Positions 36,051-46,344 of a stretch of DNA of 64,000 nucleotides are shown piece after piece. The notes below the pieces were generated by a model, which was not told where the DNA came from, ran no database searches, and saw only the letters and a list, made by a program, of their open reading frames with translations. Source of the DNA: a bacterium (GTDB lineage: Bacteria; Patescibacteriota; Minisyncoccia; Moranbacterales; DUUL01); contig JABGXP010000014.1 in the NCBI GenBank assembly GCA_018675685.1, positions 81,288 to 145,287 of the forward strand, written 5' to 3'. Both the position numbers and the translations under genes were made by a program. The stretch's first letter is position 1. Each line of letters starts with the position of its first letter.

Positions 36051-36450
36051 AGCAGTCTTTGAAGCCGATGGGTACTTCCAGGATGTCTCGTTCTGCTTTG
36101 GGTCATTTTGTTTTCACGCTGGACCTGATGATATGGATGGACGGGAAAAGGTGCTTGCAAACGACATCAAAATCTTTGACGGAGTGGAGATTGTCTTTGA
36201 TTACGAGCGTTGGAAGAACGGATCCCATTTGTCATGGGGCGTTGAACTTTCCTTTGGGTGGGCAAACACTCTTGAACTTGGGTGTAAAGGCTCAATACGA
36301 GCAGATTCAAGGGAAGATACCATCAATGCATTGTTGGCGTATCTGAAAGAGGGGAAGAAGCACATTAAACCTCGCTTTCAAAAGGATCGCAAAAAACTGA
36401 TTGAGGCATTGAATCGGTTCGGGGATTCATATTGGTATTTCAAAATTTGA
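35971..36450 (+). CDS. hypothetical protein, 3' reading frame (independent start at ATG 35971, or continuation of 35748 ORF after a 1-nt shift)
   Basis: AGGGG lies 5 nt upstream of ATG 35971 (MSLLKKITSKK...). The ORF runs to TGA 36450. No family recognised. Confidence 0.45.
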   Translation: MSLLKKITSKKRVAETLRLLRKGVIAKAVFEADGYFQDVSFCFGSFCFHAGPDDMDGREKVLANDIKIFDGVEIVFDYERWKNGSHLSWGVELSFGWANTLELGCKGSIRADSREDTINALLAYLKEGKKHIKPRFQKDRKKLIEALNRFGDSYWYFKI

Positions 36451-36470
36451 GCAGTAAGCGCAAATGCGCG

Positions 36471-36510
36471 AGAAGACTTGGTCTAATTTAGATCAAGTCT
36501 TCTTAATTTA
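36471..36510 (+). terminator. rho-independent terminator (plus strand)
   Basis: agaagacttg (36471-36480) / caagtcttct (36494-36503), followed by T-rich sequence. Confidence 0.7.
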
Positions 36511-36516
36511 CAGATA

Positions 36517-36557
36517 ACAAAAAACAGGACCCTTTGAAATTTCAAAGTGTCCTGTTT
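36517..36557 (-). terminator. rho-independent terminator (minus strand) for the 88-aa gene
   Basis: aacaggaccctttgaaa / tttcaaagtgtcctgtt hairpin with one mismatch. A preceding plus-strand A-run gives the minus-strand T-run. Confidence 0.65.
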
Positions 36558-36618
36558 AGAAGAGATGAGAGAATTATTTTTTACACAAGTCCATTTTAGG
36601 TTCTTTCCCCACTAAATT

Positions 36619-36885
36619 TTAGCCTTGCATTGCATCTTTGATGATCTCCACAGTACCTTCATTCGAGATTTTTTCCAAGAGATTACGTAGTTGCTTTTCC
36701 AAATAGCTGGTTTCGGAAAAGATCATATCGACTAGGTGTTGTGGATCAACATCCCTGCCAAGTCCTATCTCCTGAATATAATCCTTAGTAGCTCCACTTA
36801 ATTTTTGCGTAGAAATAGCAGTTATTACAACCAACTTTGTAAGATCCGAAATGACCGTTGCTTGTTTTTTGAGCTTGCTATCCAT
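36619..36885 (-). CDS. hypothetical small helical protein (88 aa)
   Basis: GGGAGGG lies about 9 nt upstream of ATG 36885 (MDSKLKKQATVISDL...). The track's longer start at 36936 lacks an RBS. Confidence 0.5.
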   Translation of the reverse strand: MDSKLKKQATVISDLTKLVVITAISTQKLSGATKDYIQEIGLGRDVDPQHLVDMIFSETSYLEKQLRNLLEKISNEGTVEIIKDAMQG

Positions 36886-37040
36886 GACCCCATCCCTCCC
36901 TTTTTGGTGTACGCAATAATGTGCACGAAAATTCAAACTAAAAAGTGCTATTGAATGATTTATTTATATACCATATAACAAGATTTGTCAATAGAATAAA
37001 ATGAAGAAGCTATTACCTAGTAAAGAGGTTTTTCTCTATC

Positions 37041-37823
37041 ATGAAAGAACATGCTATACTGAAATCAACTAGAATCAACTTAAAACGAAAATATAAAACT
37101 AAAATCATGCAACTCGAAGAACTTAAAAAAAGGGAACTGGGAATTAGAGCGGCCAGAATAAAAAAATTGAAACAGGAGAGAAGTAAAATGCAAAAGATTG
37201 ATTTCAAGGTTTCTGAGGCGAAGTTCAGTATTGGAGGACAAATTATTACAACTTGGGTCACTTTCTTCATAGTAGCTTCCATAACAGCATTTTTGATTTG
37301 TTTTATCGCTTTTGGTGACACAAGAGTATCTGTTTGTGATAGCCAAATTTCCTCAACCATTACAAATTTTTGTATTGGTTGGCAATCTTTGTTTATGCTC
37401 ACATTTTCAATTATTATTCTCCCAATAACTTTTTTGATTGGGACTGTGGAGTTTTTTCAAAGCATCAAGCAAGGGACGACCTTGAAGGAATTAAGTGAAC
37501 AATTGCAGTTTCAAAAGGATTTGAACACTGTTAGTAAGGTCTTGGTTTATTCATTGTTTATCCTGTCTATTCAAATTTTGATTTATTTTGGAACTTTTGA
37601 GATACTTCCAGATGTCTTGAAATTACCATTTATTGTTTTTGATACGGATGCAATGTTACCAATTGCGCTAGCCCTTTTATATTATTCTGTACATCAGAGA
37701 ATTGTATTTTTCTCAACAAGTACTAGGCTTTTATATACTGTGATTATTGTCAATCTTGCATCGATAGTTTTCTCCAGAGGAGTGCAATTAGTTTGGGAGG
37801 TTAGCTTCGGAAGATTATTCTAA
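37041..37823 (+). CDS. hypothetical polytopic membrane protein with basic coiled-coil N-terminus
   Basis: The N-terminal 50 aa are K/R-rich, followed by about 5 hydrophobic helices. No family recognised. Confidence 0.5.
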   Translation: MKEHAILKSTRINLKRKYKTKIMQLEELKKRELGIRAARIKKLKQERSKMQKIDFKVSEAKFSIGGQIITTWVTFFIVASITAFLICFIAFGDTRVSVCDSQISSTITNFCIGWQSLFMLTFSIIILPITFLIGTVEFFQSIKQGTTLKELSEQLQFQKDLNTVSKVLVYSLFILSIQILIYFGTFEILPDVLKLPFIVFDTDAMLPIALALLYYSVHQRIVFFSTSTRLLYTVIIVNLASIVFSRGVQLVWEVSFGRLF

Positions 37824-38066
37824 GATAAGCATTGAATTTTTTTAAAACTCAGGACTTTTAACAAGGAGACAAACGTTCATTTTCAGCTATTATCTGTTTG
37901 GTCCATTTTTTCTTTTTAAAAAAATAAAAACCCTTGAAATTACTTTATCTCTAGTGTAATATTGATGAGGGTAAAATAATAAGATTATTTCTCCAAAGAA
38001 CAGAAAGTGTTTGACTTGTTTGTTTACATGAGAAATAGGCGCCTTTAATTAATAGTTTTAATTTTT

Positions 38067-39329
38067 ATGAATACAGAAGTAATACTAGGGGGATTGCGAA
38101 GCAAAAAGAAAGGACACTGGTTTTTGATCAGTGCTGCCCTGGTTTTAATAATTGTTTTGGTTTTCAATTTTGGATCCAATGCAAAAGGTGAGGACAAAGA
38201 AGGAGACACAATAGATATATCGCAGAAAGTTGTCGCATATGTTGAGACGGTGACACTAGGTGAAGGATCTTCAGATGCAGCCAAGCTTGAAAGAACGGCT
38301 ATTTTTCGTTCCGCACAAGCTGGAAATGTTGTCGCTGAAAACACAGGAAGGATTAAACAAGTCAATTTTGAAATTGGTGATTTTGTAAGGCAGGGCCAGG
38401 TCCTAGCCGTATTTGATCAATCTAGCTTGAAAACAACAGCTGTAACGGCTCTATCTTCAGCAAGCGCTGGATTGGAAATTGCCTTGGATACTCAAAAAAA
38501 GACAGAAAAAGTTGCAAAAGAGAGCTTGGAGCTAACTAAAAACGCAAGAAAAATTGCTAAAATGCAATATGAAAATGCAAAAAATGATCCCACGGAAGAT
38601 GAGGACATTGCAAAGAGAGCGTATGAAAACGCAAAAGATCTAGAGGATCAAGCTGAGCAAAATGTTAAGATCCAAAAGAATCAAGCACAGTTACAAGTTA
38701 ACGGTGCTAAGCAGACAATGGATGGTGCAAGAGTTGTTTTTGAAAAAACTATTCTTAGAGCTCCAATTTCTGGGACAGTTGTTTCTAAGAATGTTGCAAT
38801 TAGTGATTATATTACAAGTGGTTCTCGAATCGCTGGAGTTGTTGGAGAAGGAAAACTGCAAACAGTCGTTTCCTTGAATGCTGATCAAATCTCCAGAATA
38901 AAAATTGGCGACGAAGTTGCTATTGCGATTGGAAAAAGCCAGCACAAGGGGAAAATTGTCTCCCTTTCAACGATTGCAAAAACAACAAATCAAAGGTTTG
39001 ATGTTAAGATTGAAACTTTAAAGGAAGTTATGACAAACGCGAACAAGACAGGCAAAGTTCTTTTTTCGTTAGCGCTAGAAGAGGAAGTAGTAGAGCCCTC
39101 TGAGCAGAAGATTTTCTTCGCTCCGATAAGTTCTGTGAATTTAGGACAAAGGAGATCTGTCGTGTTTATCTTAGAAGAAGGGAAAGCCATTGCCAGAGAA
39201 ATTGAAGTTGGCGAAATTGTTGGTGATAAAATTGAAATAACAAAAGGAGTTTCTTTTGGAGAGAAGTTGATTATTGTTAATTCAAGAAATCTTACAGATG
39301 GTCAAGCAGTCACCACCAAAAAGGATTAG
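38067..39329 (+). CDS. efflux RND transporter periplasmic adaptor (HlyD/MFP family)
   Basis: N-terminal TM, a lipoyl-like hairpin (G.V..V.F.IGDFVRQGQVLAVFD), a coiled-coil hairpin, ILRAPISGTVV, and C-terminal beta domains. Adjacent to an RND pump gene. Confidence 0.8.
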   Translation: MNTEVILGGLRSKKKGHWFLISAALVLIIVLVFNFGSNAKGEDKEGDTIDISQKVVAYVETVTLGEGSSDAAKLERTAIFRSAQAGNVVAENTGRIKQVNFEIGDFVRQGQVLAVFDQSSLKTTAVTALSSASAGLEIALDTQKKTEKVAKESLELTKNARKIAKMQYENAKNDPTEDEDIAKRAYENAKDLEDQAEQNVKIQKNQAQLQVNGAKQTMDGARVVFEKTILRAPISGTVVSKNVAISDYITSGSRIAGVVGEGKLQTVVSLNADQISRIKIGDEVAIAIGKSQHKGKIVSLSTIAKTTNQRFDVKIETLKEVMTNANKTGKVLFSLALEEEVVEPSEQKIFFAPISSVNLGQRRSVVFILEEGKAIAREIEVGEIVGDKIEITKGVSFGEKLIIVNSRNLTDGQAVTTKKD

Positions 39330-39380
39330 AAGATAAGGCTTGCAAAGAGCACAAATAAGAAATCGAAAAGAACTATTACA

Positions 39381-42300
39381 ATGAATAGCACAGAAAATTC
39401 TAGTGAAAACAAAGATTCTCGGGTGAAAAAATTGAAACTCAGAGAAAAAATCGTTCGAGAGTTGGAAGAATTTGAAAATTCTCCCTGGGTTTTTTTGATT
39501 AGGAAAAGCAAGCTTACAATCTTGATTATTATTGCATTATTAATCTTTGGGATAGCAACAATTAAAAACATGCCACGGGAACTGAACCCTGAGATAGAAA
39601 TTCCTTTTGCTATTGTTGTGACAGTTTTTCCGGGAGCGTCACCCTTGGATATTGAACAGCAAGTTACAAAAAAGATTGAGAGCGAAATAAGCGATCTAAA
39701 CGGAATCAAAAGAATTGACTCCTCGAGTTCTCTTGGATTTTCTTCTATTTTTGTTGAATTTGAGGCCGGCGAGGATATTGATAAATCAATCAAAGAACTT
39801 AAAGATAAGGTTGACAATGCCAAAACTGAGCTGCCAGAAGATGCTAGTGAACCAAAAACAGTTGAGGCTAAAATCGATGATCGGCCCGTAATGGAAGTGA
39901 CTCTTGTCTCAGAGGAATATGACGTCGCTGAGCTAAAACAGTTTGCCGAAAACTTAAAAGATGAGATAAAAGGAGTCCCTTTTGTGTCAGAGGTTAATAT
40001 TTCAGGAGGAAGAGATCGAGTGATCAAAGTTGATTTTGATCAAGATATTCTTGCAAAAAAAGGATTAACGGTGCAAGGAGTGCTAGGTGTCTTGAGTGCT
40101 AATAATGTTAATTTTCCTGCAGGTTCTATTGTGATTGAAAAATCAAGATATAATGTAAGAATCCAAGGAGAATTCAAGGATTCTTCCGAAGTAGGAATAT
40201 TTCCAATTGGTGCGAATAATGATGGAAGTTTGATTTATCTTGAAGATGTTGCGAAAGTAAAAGACGATTTTTCAAAAGAATTTTCCCGATCGAGATTTTC
40301 AATTGCTGGTGATGAGCCACTTGATGCAGTGTCAATTCAAATTTACAAAAAAACTGGGGGTGACGTGACAGCGCTAGCTAGTGAAGTTAGAGATCGAATC
40401 GAAAATGAGAAAGGTTCTGCATATCCAGAAAATGTAACAGTTGAGGTGACAAATGATTTTTCAAAGTTTGTGACTGATAGTATCAATACCTTGGTTGGTA
40501 ATGGTTTGGCAACTGTATTTTTAATCCTCTTGCTCTTATTGATTTTTCTAGGTTGGCAAGAAGCTTTTTTGGCTGGACCTGCTGTACCTTTTTCATTTTT
40601 CATTGCTTTTATCGTGATGGCAAGTGTTGGAGAGAGTTTGAACACTATTTCACTTTTTGCGCTTGTCTTATCCCTCGGTCTCTTGGTTGATAGTGCTATT
40701 GTAATTGTTGAGGGGATGCATAATAAGGTTGAAAAGTACAAATTAACAGGTTATCAAGCGGCTATTTCAACAGTAAGAGAATATGCAGCACCATTACTTG
40801 CAGGAATGCTAACAACAGTAGCAGCCTTTTTCCCGCTATTGTTTGTGAAAGGAATCTTCGGGTCCTTCATTAGAACAATTCCAATTGTTGTGATTTCGAC
40901 ACTTATCGCTGGGTTGTTTGTTTCCGTATCAATTATTCCAGCACTCGGCACATATCTTATTAAACCCGTTAGAAAGAAGAAAGAAGAACCTTGTGGCAGA
41001 AATTTTTTCACAAAAGTTTGCTTGAAAATGAAACAAATTTTTAAGGGAAAGCCACGAAAAGAGCGATTTTCTTCAAAAATGTTTGACTGGATCGCTAAGG
41101 TATACAGAAGGAATATTCCAAAAATTTTAACCAGTCGTAAAAGACGCATTCAAGTAATCGCTGGGATTTGGATATTTTTCTTTATTTCGATGGCATTGCC
41201 GGTGTTTGGTTTGATTAAAATGCAAGCTTTTGGTCAGGATGATTCTGATTTTTTCTACATCAACCTCGAAATGCCAAACGGAACTGTTTTGGAAAGAACG
41301 GATGAAATAACCAAGAAAATTGAGAATGAACTTCGGAAAGAATCTGAAATTGAGAATTTCGTTACTAACATAGGGAGCGCTATAGGTGGAGATGGCGCAA
41401 CTTCAGCTTCTGAAGGGGATAGCAACAAGGCTTTTATTCAAATTAATCTTATAGATAAAAAAGAACGTGAGACTTATAGTTTTGAGTTTGTTTCGGAGCT
41501 AAGAAAGAAACTCGAACCAATTGTCACCCAAGGGGACATTCGCTTTGTAGAGCTTGATTCAGGCCCCCCAGCAGGTAAGCCAATCGAACTTAGAGTAAGC
41601 GGTCCAGACCTTTTGATATTGGAGGAATTTGCTGAAAAAATTGCCGATGAATTGAAAAGCATTCCAACAACAATTGATGTGGAAACCTCTGTTAAACTTG
41701 CTGCAGGAGAGTTGGTTTTTACCCCAAACAAAGAAATCTTAGCTAAAAATGGAATTTCAGTGATTCAAATTGCTGGTGAGTTGAGGAGCAAGGTTGCTAG
41801 GAACGACGACATTGAGATTACCAGGGATGGTGATGAAGTGAAGATTGACACAGGAATTAATGACAAACAGTTATCAAGCACAGAAGACATCAAAGGGCTT
41901 TCTGTTTTAAATTCTAAGGGAGAGAAATTCTCAATCACTGAATTGGGCATGCTGACCTTTGAGCCTTCCCTTGCTACAATCAATAGGAGGGACAATGAAA
42001 GAATTGTCTTGATAACAGGGGATTCTGATGGAGGAAACACAACTGAAATCACTCAACAGCTTTTGGGTGAGATTGAAAAAATGTCATTGCCAAGTGGATA
42101 TACTGTTTCTTCTGGAGGTGAAGCGCAGGAGATGATGGAAGTTTATATCGATATGTTCTTGAAGATGATTTTGGGAATTGTGCTTATTCTGTTTATTCTT
42201 GTTTTGCAGTTCAATTCATATCGACAAACCATGATTATCATATTCACTATTCCGCTCGCAATGATCGGTGTGCTTTGGGGGATGACGATCTTTAGAATGA

Positions 42301-42638
42301 CATTGGATATCCCAGCTTTTATTGGAATTATTTCCTTGGCCGGGATTGTTGTTAATAACGCAATTATTCTTATTGATCAAATCAACCGTGAATTGAAGGA
42401 GGGAAGTGGATTGATTGATGCAGCTAAAAATGCAGGTTACATTCGTTTAAGGCCAATCTTCCTTACAACAATCACTACAATCATTGGTTTGTTACCACTT
42501 TCAATCACACAGCCAATTTGGAGAAATCTCGGTTTTGCGATTATTTTCGGACTGGCATTTTCAACGCTATTAACATTGATCATTGTACCAACAATGTTCG
42601 TGAGTCTTTATCGAAAAGAATATCCTCTTGAGAAGTAA
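39381..42638 (+). CDS. RND-family efflux permease (AcrB/HAE-like, 12 TM)
   Basis: 1085 aa with the duplicated architecture of 1 TM, large loop and 5 TM. Conserved segments include SLFALVLSLGLLVDSAIVIVE and ISLAGIVVNNAIILID. Confidence 0.9.
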   Translation: MNSTENSSENKDSRVKKLKLREKIVRELEEFENSPWVFLIRKSKLTILIIIALLIFGIATIKNMPRELNPEIEIPFAIVVTVFPGASPLDIEQQVTKKIESEISDLNGIKRIDSSSSLGFSSIFVEFEAGEDIDKSIKELKDKVDNAKTELPEDASEPKTVEAKIDDRPVMEVTLVSEEYDVAELKQFAENLKDEIKGVPFVSEVNISGGRDRVIKVDFDQDILAKKGLTVQGVLGVLSANNVNFPAGSIVIEKSRYNVRIQGEFKDSSEVGIFPIGANNDGSLIYLEDVAKVKDDFSKEFSRSRFSIAGDEPLDAVSIQIYKKTGGDVTALASEVRDRIENEKGSAYPENVTVEVTNDFSKFVTDSINTLVGNGLATVFLILLLLLIFLGWQEAFLAGPAVPFSFFIAFIVMASVGESLNTISLFALVLSLGLLVDSAIVIVEGMHNKVEKYKLTGYQAAISTVREYAAPLLAGMLTTVAAFFPLLFVKGIFGSFIRTIPIVVISTLIAGLFVSVSIIPALGTYLIKPVRKKKEEPCGRNFFTKVCLKMKQIFKGKPRKERFSSKMFDWIAKVYRRNIPKILTSRKRRIQVIAGIWIFFFISMALPVFGLIKMQAFGQDDSDFFYINLEMPNGTVLERTDEITKKIENELRKESEIENFVTNIGSAIGGDGATSASEGDSNKAFIQINLIDKKERETYSFEFVSELRKKLEPIVTQGDIRFVELDSGPPAGKPIELRVSGPDLLILEEFAEKIADELKSIPTTIDVETSVKLAAGELVFTPNKEILAKNGISVIQIAGELRSKVARNDDIEITRDGDEVKIDTGINDKQLSSTEDIKGLSVLNSKGEKFSITELGMLTFEPSLATINRRDNERIVLITGDSDGGNTTEITQQLLGEIEKMSLPSGYTVSSGGEAQEMMEVYIDMFLKMILGIVLILFILVLQFNSYRQTMIIIFTIPLAMIGVLWGMTIFRMTLDIPAFIGIISLAGIVVNNAIILIDQINRELKEGSGLIDAAKNAGYIRLRPIFLTTITTIIGLLPLSITQPIWRNLGFAIIFGLAFSTLLTLIIVPTMFVSLYRKEYPLEK

Positions 42639-42712
42639 TGCTTATTCTATGAAGAGTTTAAAGTGAAAATCTTCTCATCGAAGTTATAACAGAGGTGAAT
42701 TTTAGAAAAACT

Positions 42713-42760
42713 GAAGAGGTTGACATGTTTAAATCAAATATGTCGACCTCTTTTTTATTT
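42713..42760 (+). terminator. rho-independent terminator after the RND genes
   Basis: gaagaggttgacat (42713-42726) / atgtcgacctcttt (42739-42752), followed by a T-run. Confidence 0.75.
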
Positions 42761-42847
42761 CTTGCTAATTTGCTATAATTAGATTAAATAAGAGAACTAG
42801 AACAATTCTGGAGGTCTAGCAAGTCTAAACAAATAAAATATTAAAAT

Positions 42848-43990
42848 ATGTCATTAAAAGTAGTATTAGCCGGTGGTGGAACAGGCGGTCACCTCTTCCC
42901 GTTAGTGACCGTGGCAAAATATATAGAGAAGGATTTAATGACTAAAGGCGGGGCCCAGTTTTTGTATATTGGACCAAGGGGAGCGATGGAGAAGGAGGTA
43001 ATGACTAAAAACAATATTCCTCAAAAAACAATTCTCACAGGTAAACTTCATCGATACTTCACTCCAAGATATTTTCTTGACATCTTTAAGGCTCCTTTAG
43101 GCACTCTACAGTCTTTGTGGATTTTGCTTTGGTTCACTCCCGATGTTGTTTTTGCAAAAGGCGGCTTTGCTTCCGTACCAGTTGTGATTGCAGCAAAAAT
43201 GTATAATATTCCTGTTTTGATACATGAGTCAGATGCAATACCTGGTTTGGCAAATAAGTTCCTAGGATCGATTGCTAATAAAGTAATAATTTCTTTTGAG
43301 AGAGCAAGAATGTATTTCCCTAAATCCAAAACAGTACTAGCAGGAGTCCCGATTAAAGAGGATGCCATAGATGGAGATGCTAAAATAGGAAGGGAACTTT
43401 TGAATCTGCACAAAGAAGCAAAACCCGTAATATTCTTTATTGGGGGCTCTCAGGGGGCGCAAATTATAAATGAACGCGTCATGCTTATTTTGCCAGAATT
43501 AATTAAGAAATATCAAGTTATTCACCAAACAGGGAAATCCCATTATGACTTTATAGTCTCACAAGCTCAAAAACAGGGGTATAAAATTGGACACAGTGAT
43601 TATTACCCAATTGCATTTATTGGAGAGGAATTGAAACATATTTTTGCACTTGCCGATGTGGTTGTCTCGCGTGCTGGAGCAACTGCAATATTTGAAATTG
43701 CAGCAAATGAAAAACCAAGTATTTTGGTTCCAATCACAAACAGCGCGAATAATCATCAGCGAATCAACGCCTATGAAGTTTCAAAAGTGGGTGGAGCTGT
43801 AGCAATTGAAGAAGCTAATTTTCAAGAGCACCTTCTCTTGCACACTATTGATCAAATCGTGGGTGATCAAGAAATAAGGAGCAAAATGCAAGAGGGAATC
43901 AAATCTCTCTATTTTCCTCACTCCACAGAACAAATTGCAGAGGAATTAGTAACTCTAGCTAAGAAGTCAACAGCGGAAATAAATGATTAA
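42848..43990 (+). CDS. murG: UDP-N-acetylglucosamine--N-acetylmuramyl-(pentapeptide) pyrophosphoryl-undecaprenol GlcNAc transferase
   Basis: LAGGGTGGHLFPLVTVAKYI at the N-terminus. The C-terminal half has SRAGATAIFEIAA and NHQRINA, typical of MurG. Confidence 0.9.
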   Translation: MSLKVVLAGGGTGGHLFPLVTVAKYIEKDLMTKGGAQFLYIGPRGAMEKEVMTKNNIPQKTILTGKLHRYFTPRYFLDIFKAPLGTLQSLWILLWFTPDVVFAKGGFASVPVVIAAKMYNIPVLIHESDAIPGLANKFLGSIANKVIISFERARMYFPKSKTVLAGVPIKEDAIDGDAKIGRELLNLHKEAKPVIFFIGGSQGAQIINERVMLILPELIKKYQVIHQTGKSHYDFIVSQAQKQGYKIGHSDYYPIAFIGEELKHIFALADVVVSRAGATAIFEIAANEKPSILVPITNSANNHQRINAYEVSKVGGAVAIEEANFQEHLLLHTIDQIVGDQEIRSKMQEGIKSLYFPHSTEQIAEELVTLAKKSTAEIND

Positions 43991-44030
43991 GTTTATTATC
44001 AAAACCGACCCAAATTTCTGTTTGTAACTA

Positions 44031-44058
44031 TTGACATCTGTGAGAATTGATATATAAT
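44031..44058 (+). promoter_or_regulatory. putative promoter of the atp operon
   Basis: TTGACA (44031-44036), 16-nt spacer, TATAAT (44053-44058). Confidence 0.55.
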
Positions 44059-44096
44059 GTCGGTGTAAAGCTAGCAAAGTGTAGAAAAGTAAAGAT

Positions 44097-44405
44097 ATGG
44101 AACGTTCTTCAAAGGAAGAGGGGGGAGAAGAGGCAGCTTGGTGGCAACCTAGTTTAATTCTTTTTTCAAAATTGAGCGGTTGGATTGGCGTGCCAATCAT
44201 AATCGCACTCTTTATCGGCAAATGGCTTGATGAAAGATATGAAACAGAGCCATGGCTGTTTTTGTTTTCAATTGGAATTGCCTTCGTCGGTTCATCAATT
44301 GGAATTGTAAAAGAGGCCAAAAGAGCAATGGATGAGATTGTAAGAGAAGACGAAGCGAAAAAGGCGAAGGAGAAGAAGGAGACGAAAAAAAAGAATTTTA
44401 GTTAA
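44097..44405 (+). CDS. AtpZ/AtpI-like small membrane protein of the ATP synthase operon
   Basis: Two TM helices (GWIGVPIIIALFIGKWLD; WLFLFSIGIAFVGSSIGIV) in the position occupied by atpI/atpZ. Confidence 0.6.
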   Translation: MERSSKEEGGEEAAWWQPSLILFSKLSGWIGVPIIIALFIGKWLDERYETEPWLFLFSIGIAFVGSSIGIVKEAKRAMDEIVREDEAKKAKEKKETKKKNFS

Positions 44406-44459
44406 GTTTGATCGACAGGCGATGACGAGAGTATTATTTATTTATATTCGGAGATTACA

Positions 44460-45296
44460 ATGAAACAAGGAAATACCCAGGGCGCTAGTGAACAAGTGCA
44501 ACATGAGATTACGTTGTTCGCAGAGCCAGTGCTAAAATTTGAAAATTTCACAATTACCAACTCTTTGTTGAATAGTTTTGCGACAGTGCTTATCTTGGTG
44601 CTGTTTTTTATTGCCGCAGGAAGAAAAATCAAACAGATTCCAAAAGGAATTCAAAACTTTTTTGAAATGATTCTTGAGGAGTCTTTAACTTTTGCAGACA
44701 CAGTTACTGGTAGTCGTAAGAACTCAAAAAGATTTTTACCGATTGTGCTTTCGCTCTTCCTCTTTATATTAGTGAATAATTGGTTAGGGATTTTTCCAGG
44801 AATTGGAACCATCGGGTTCGTCGATTCACATGAAGGACACAAAGTATTTGTGCCCTTTTTTCGTGGTGGAACTGCGGATTTGAACACAACACTTGCGTTG
44901 GCACTTATTTCTATTGTCGGTTCACATGTTTTCGGAGTCATTACAGTTGGTGCTTGGAACTATCTAAATAGGTTTATCAATATCAAAGCATTGCTGGAGA
45001 TTCCAAGCAAGTTTAGAAAAGACCCTTCGGTCATACTAGTGAACCCAATTAAAGTAATGGTGGGAATGATTGAGATTGTTTCTGAAATTGCAAAAGTTGC
45101 TTCATTGTCATTTAGGCTTTTCGGAAATATTTTTGCAGGAGAGGTTCTGTTAGTTTCCATGATGGCGCTATTTGCATTTCTTTTGCCACTGCCATTTATG
45201 TTTATGGAAATTTTAGTTGGTTTTATTCAGGCATTAGTTTTCGCAATTTTGGTTTTAGTATTTTTCACAATGGCCACCGCTAGTGCTGAGCATTAA
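44460..45296 (+). CDS. atpB: F0F1 ATP synthase subunit a
   Basis: The conserved C-terminal helices contain LSFRLFGNIFAGE (essential Arg). Confidence 0.9.
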   Translation: MKQGNTQGASEQVQHEITLFAEPVLKFENFTITNSLLNSFATVLILVLFFIAAGRKIKQIPKGIQNFFEMILEESLTFADTVTGSRKNSKRFLPIVLSLFLFILVNNWLGIFPGIGTIGFVDSHEGHKVFVPFFRGGTADLNTTLALALISIVGSHVFGVITVGAWNYLNRFINIKALLEIPSKFRKDPSVILVNPIKVMVGMIEIVSEIAKVASLSFRLFGNIFAGEVLLVSMMALFAFLLPLPFMFMEILVGFIQALVFAILVLVFFTMATASAEH

Positions 45297-45447
45297 TATA
45301 TTGTTTTTGCGTTTGAGGTTTGAGACGAAAAGGATGAGCATGCTTTTTGTCTGAAGTCTTAAAAGAGGCTTATTTAATTATTTTCTTATTTTCTTTTGGT
45401 GTGTTTGTAAAACCGACGTTAAATAAATATCCCCGTCGATCAAGTAA

Positions 45448-45720
<273 letters not shown>

Positions 45721-45831
45721 ATATTGTTTACTTTAGACTTCTTTCTGCTGAGCAGACAGCTAGCAGAAGAGGTCCTCTAGTGAATATTATTTAGAAGTTA
45801 TTAATTTAAACAGACTAAAAGATCGAAAATT

Positions 45832-46332
45832 ATGGAAGAGTTAATTAAAACATTTCACATTGACTATAAGATGCTAGCAGCGCAGATGGTTAATTTTGCT
45901 ATTGTTATTGCTGTTCTTTATAAATTCGCGTACAAACCACTTTTAGTAAAAATGGATGAAAGAAGTGATACGATTGAAAAAGGCTTGAATGACGCAAGAG
46001 AAGCTGGAGAAAAACTAGAAGCTGCAGCAGAAGAAAGGGAAAAGCAGATTCAAGAAGCAAAAAAAGAAGCAAGACAAATTATCGACCAGGCGCAAAGACA
46101 ATCTGACAGAAACAAAGAAGAAGCAGTTGGTCAAGCAAGAATTGATGCTCAAAAGGTTGTTGACCAAGCTAAGAAGCAAATTCAAGCCCAGAAAGAAAAA
46201 ATGGTAGTTGAAATCAAGAGAGAAGTTGGAATGCTCGTTACCCTTGCAGTAAAGAAGGTTATTAATGAGAAATTAGACAGCAAGAAAGACGAAGAGTTGA
46301 TTGAGAAAGCGATTGCGGATGTGAAAAACTAA
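45832..46332 (+). CDS. atpF: F0F1 ATP synthase subunit b
   Basis: One N-terminal TM followed by a long charged helix. Operon position between c and delta. Confidence 0.85.
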   Translation: MEELIKTFHIDYKMLAAQMVNFAIVIAVLYKFAYKPLLVKMDERSDTIEKGLNDAREAGEKLEAAAEEREKQIQEAKKEARQIIDQAQRQSDRNKEEAVGQARIDAQKVVDQAKKQIQAQKEKMVVEIKREVGMLVTLAVKKVINEKLDSKKDEELIEKAIADVKN

Positions 46333-46344
46333 TCAAAAGAACAC

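Noticed and set aside
36008-36346. Third-frame 112-aa ORF inside the broken orphan gene
   Set aside because: It is fully nested in the 35971..36450 frame and has no RBS. Two of the three overlapping frames must be non-coding, and this one has the weakest start context.
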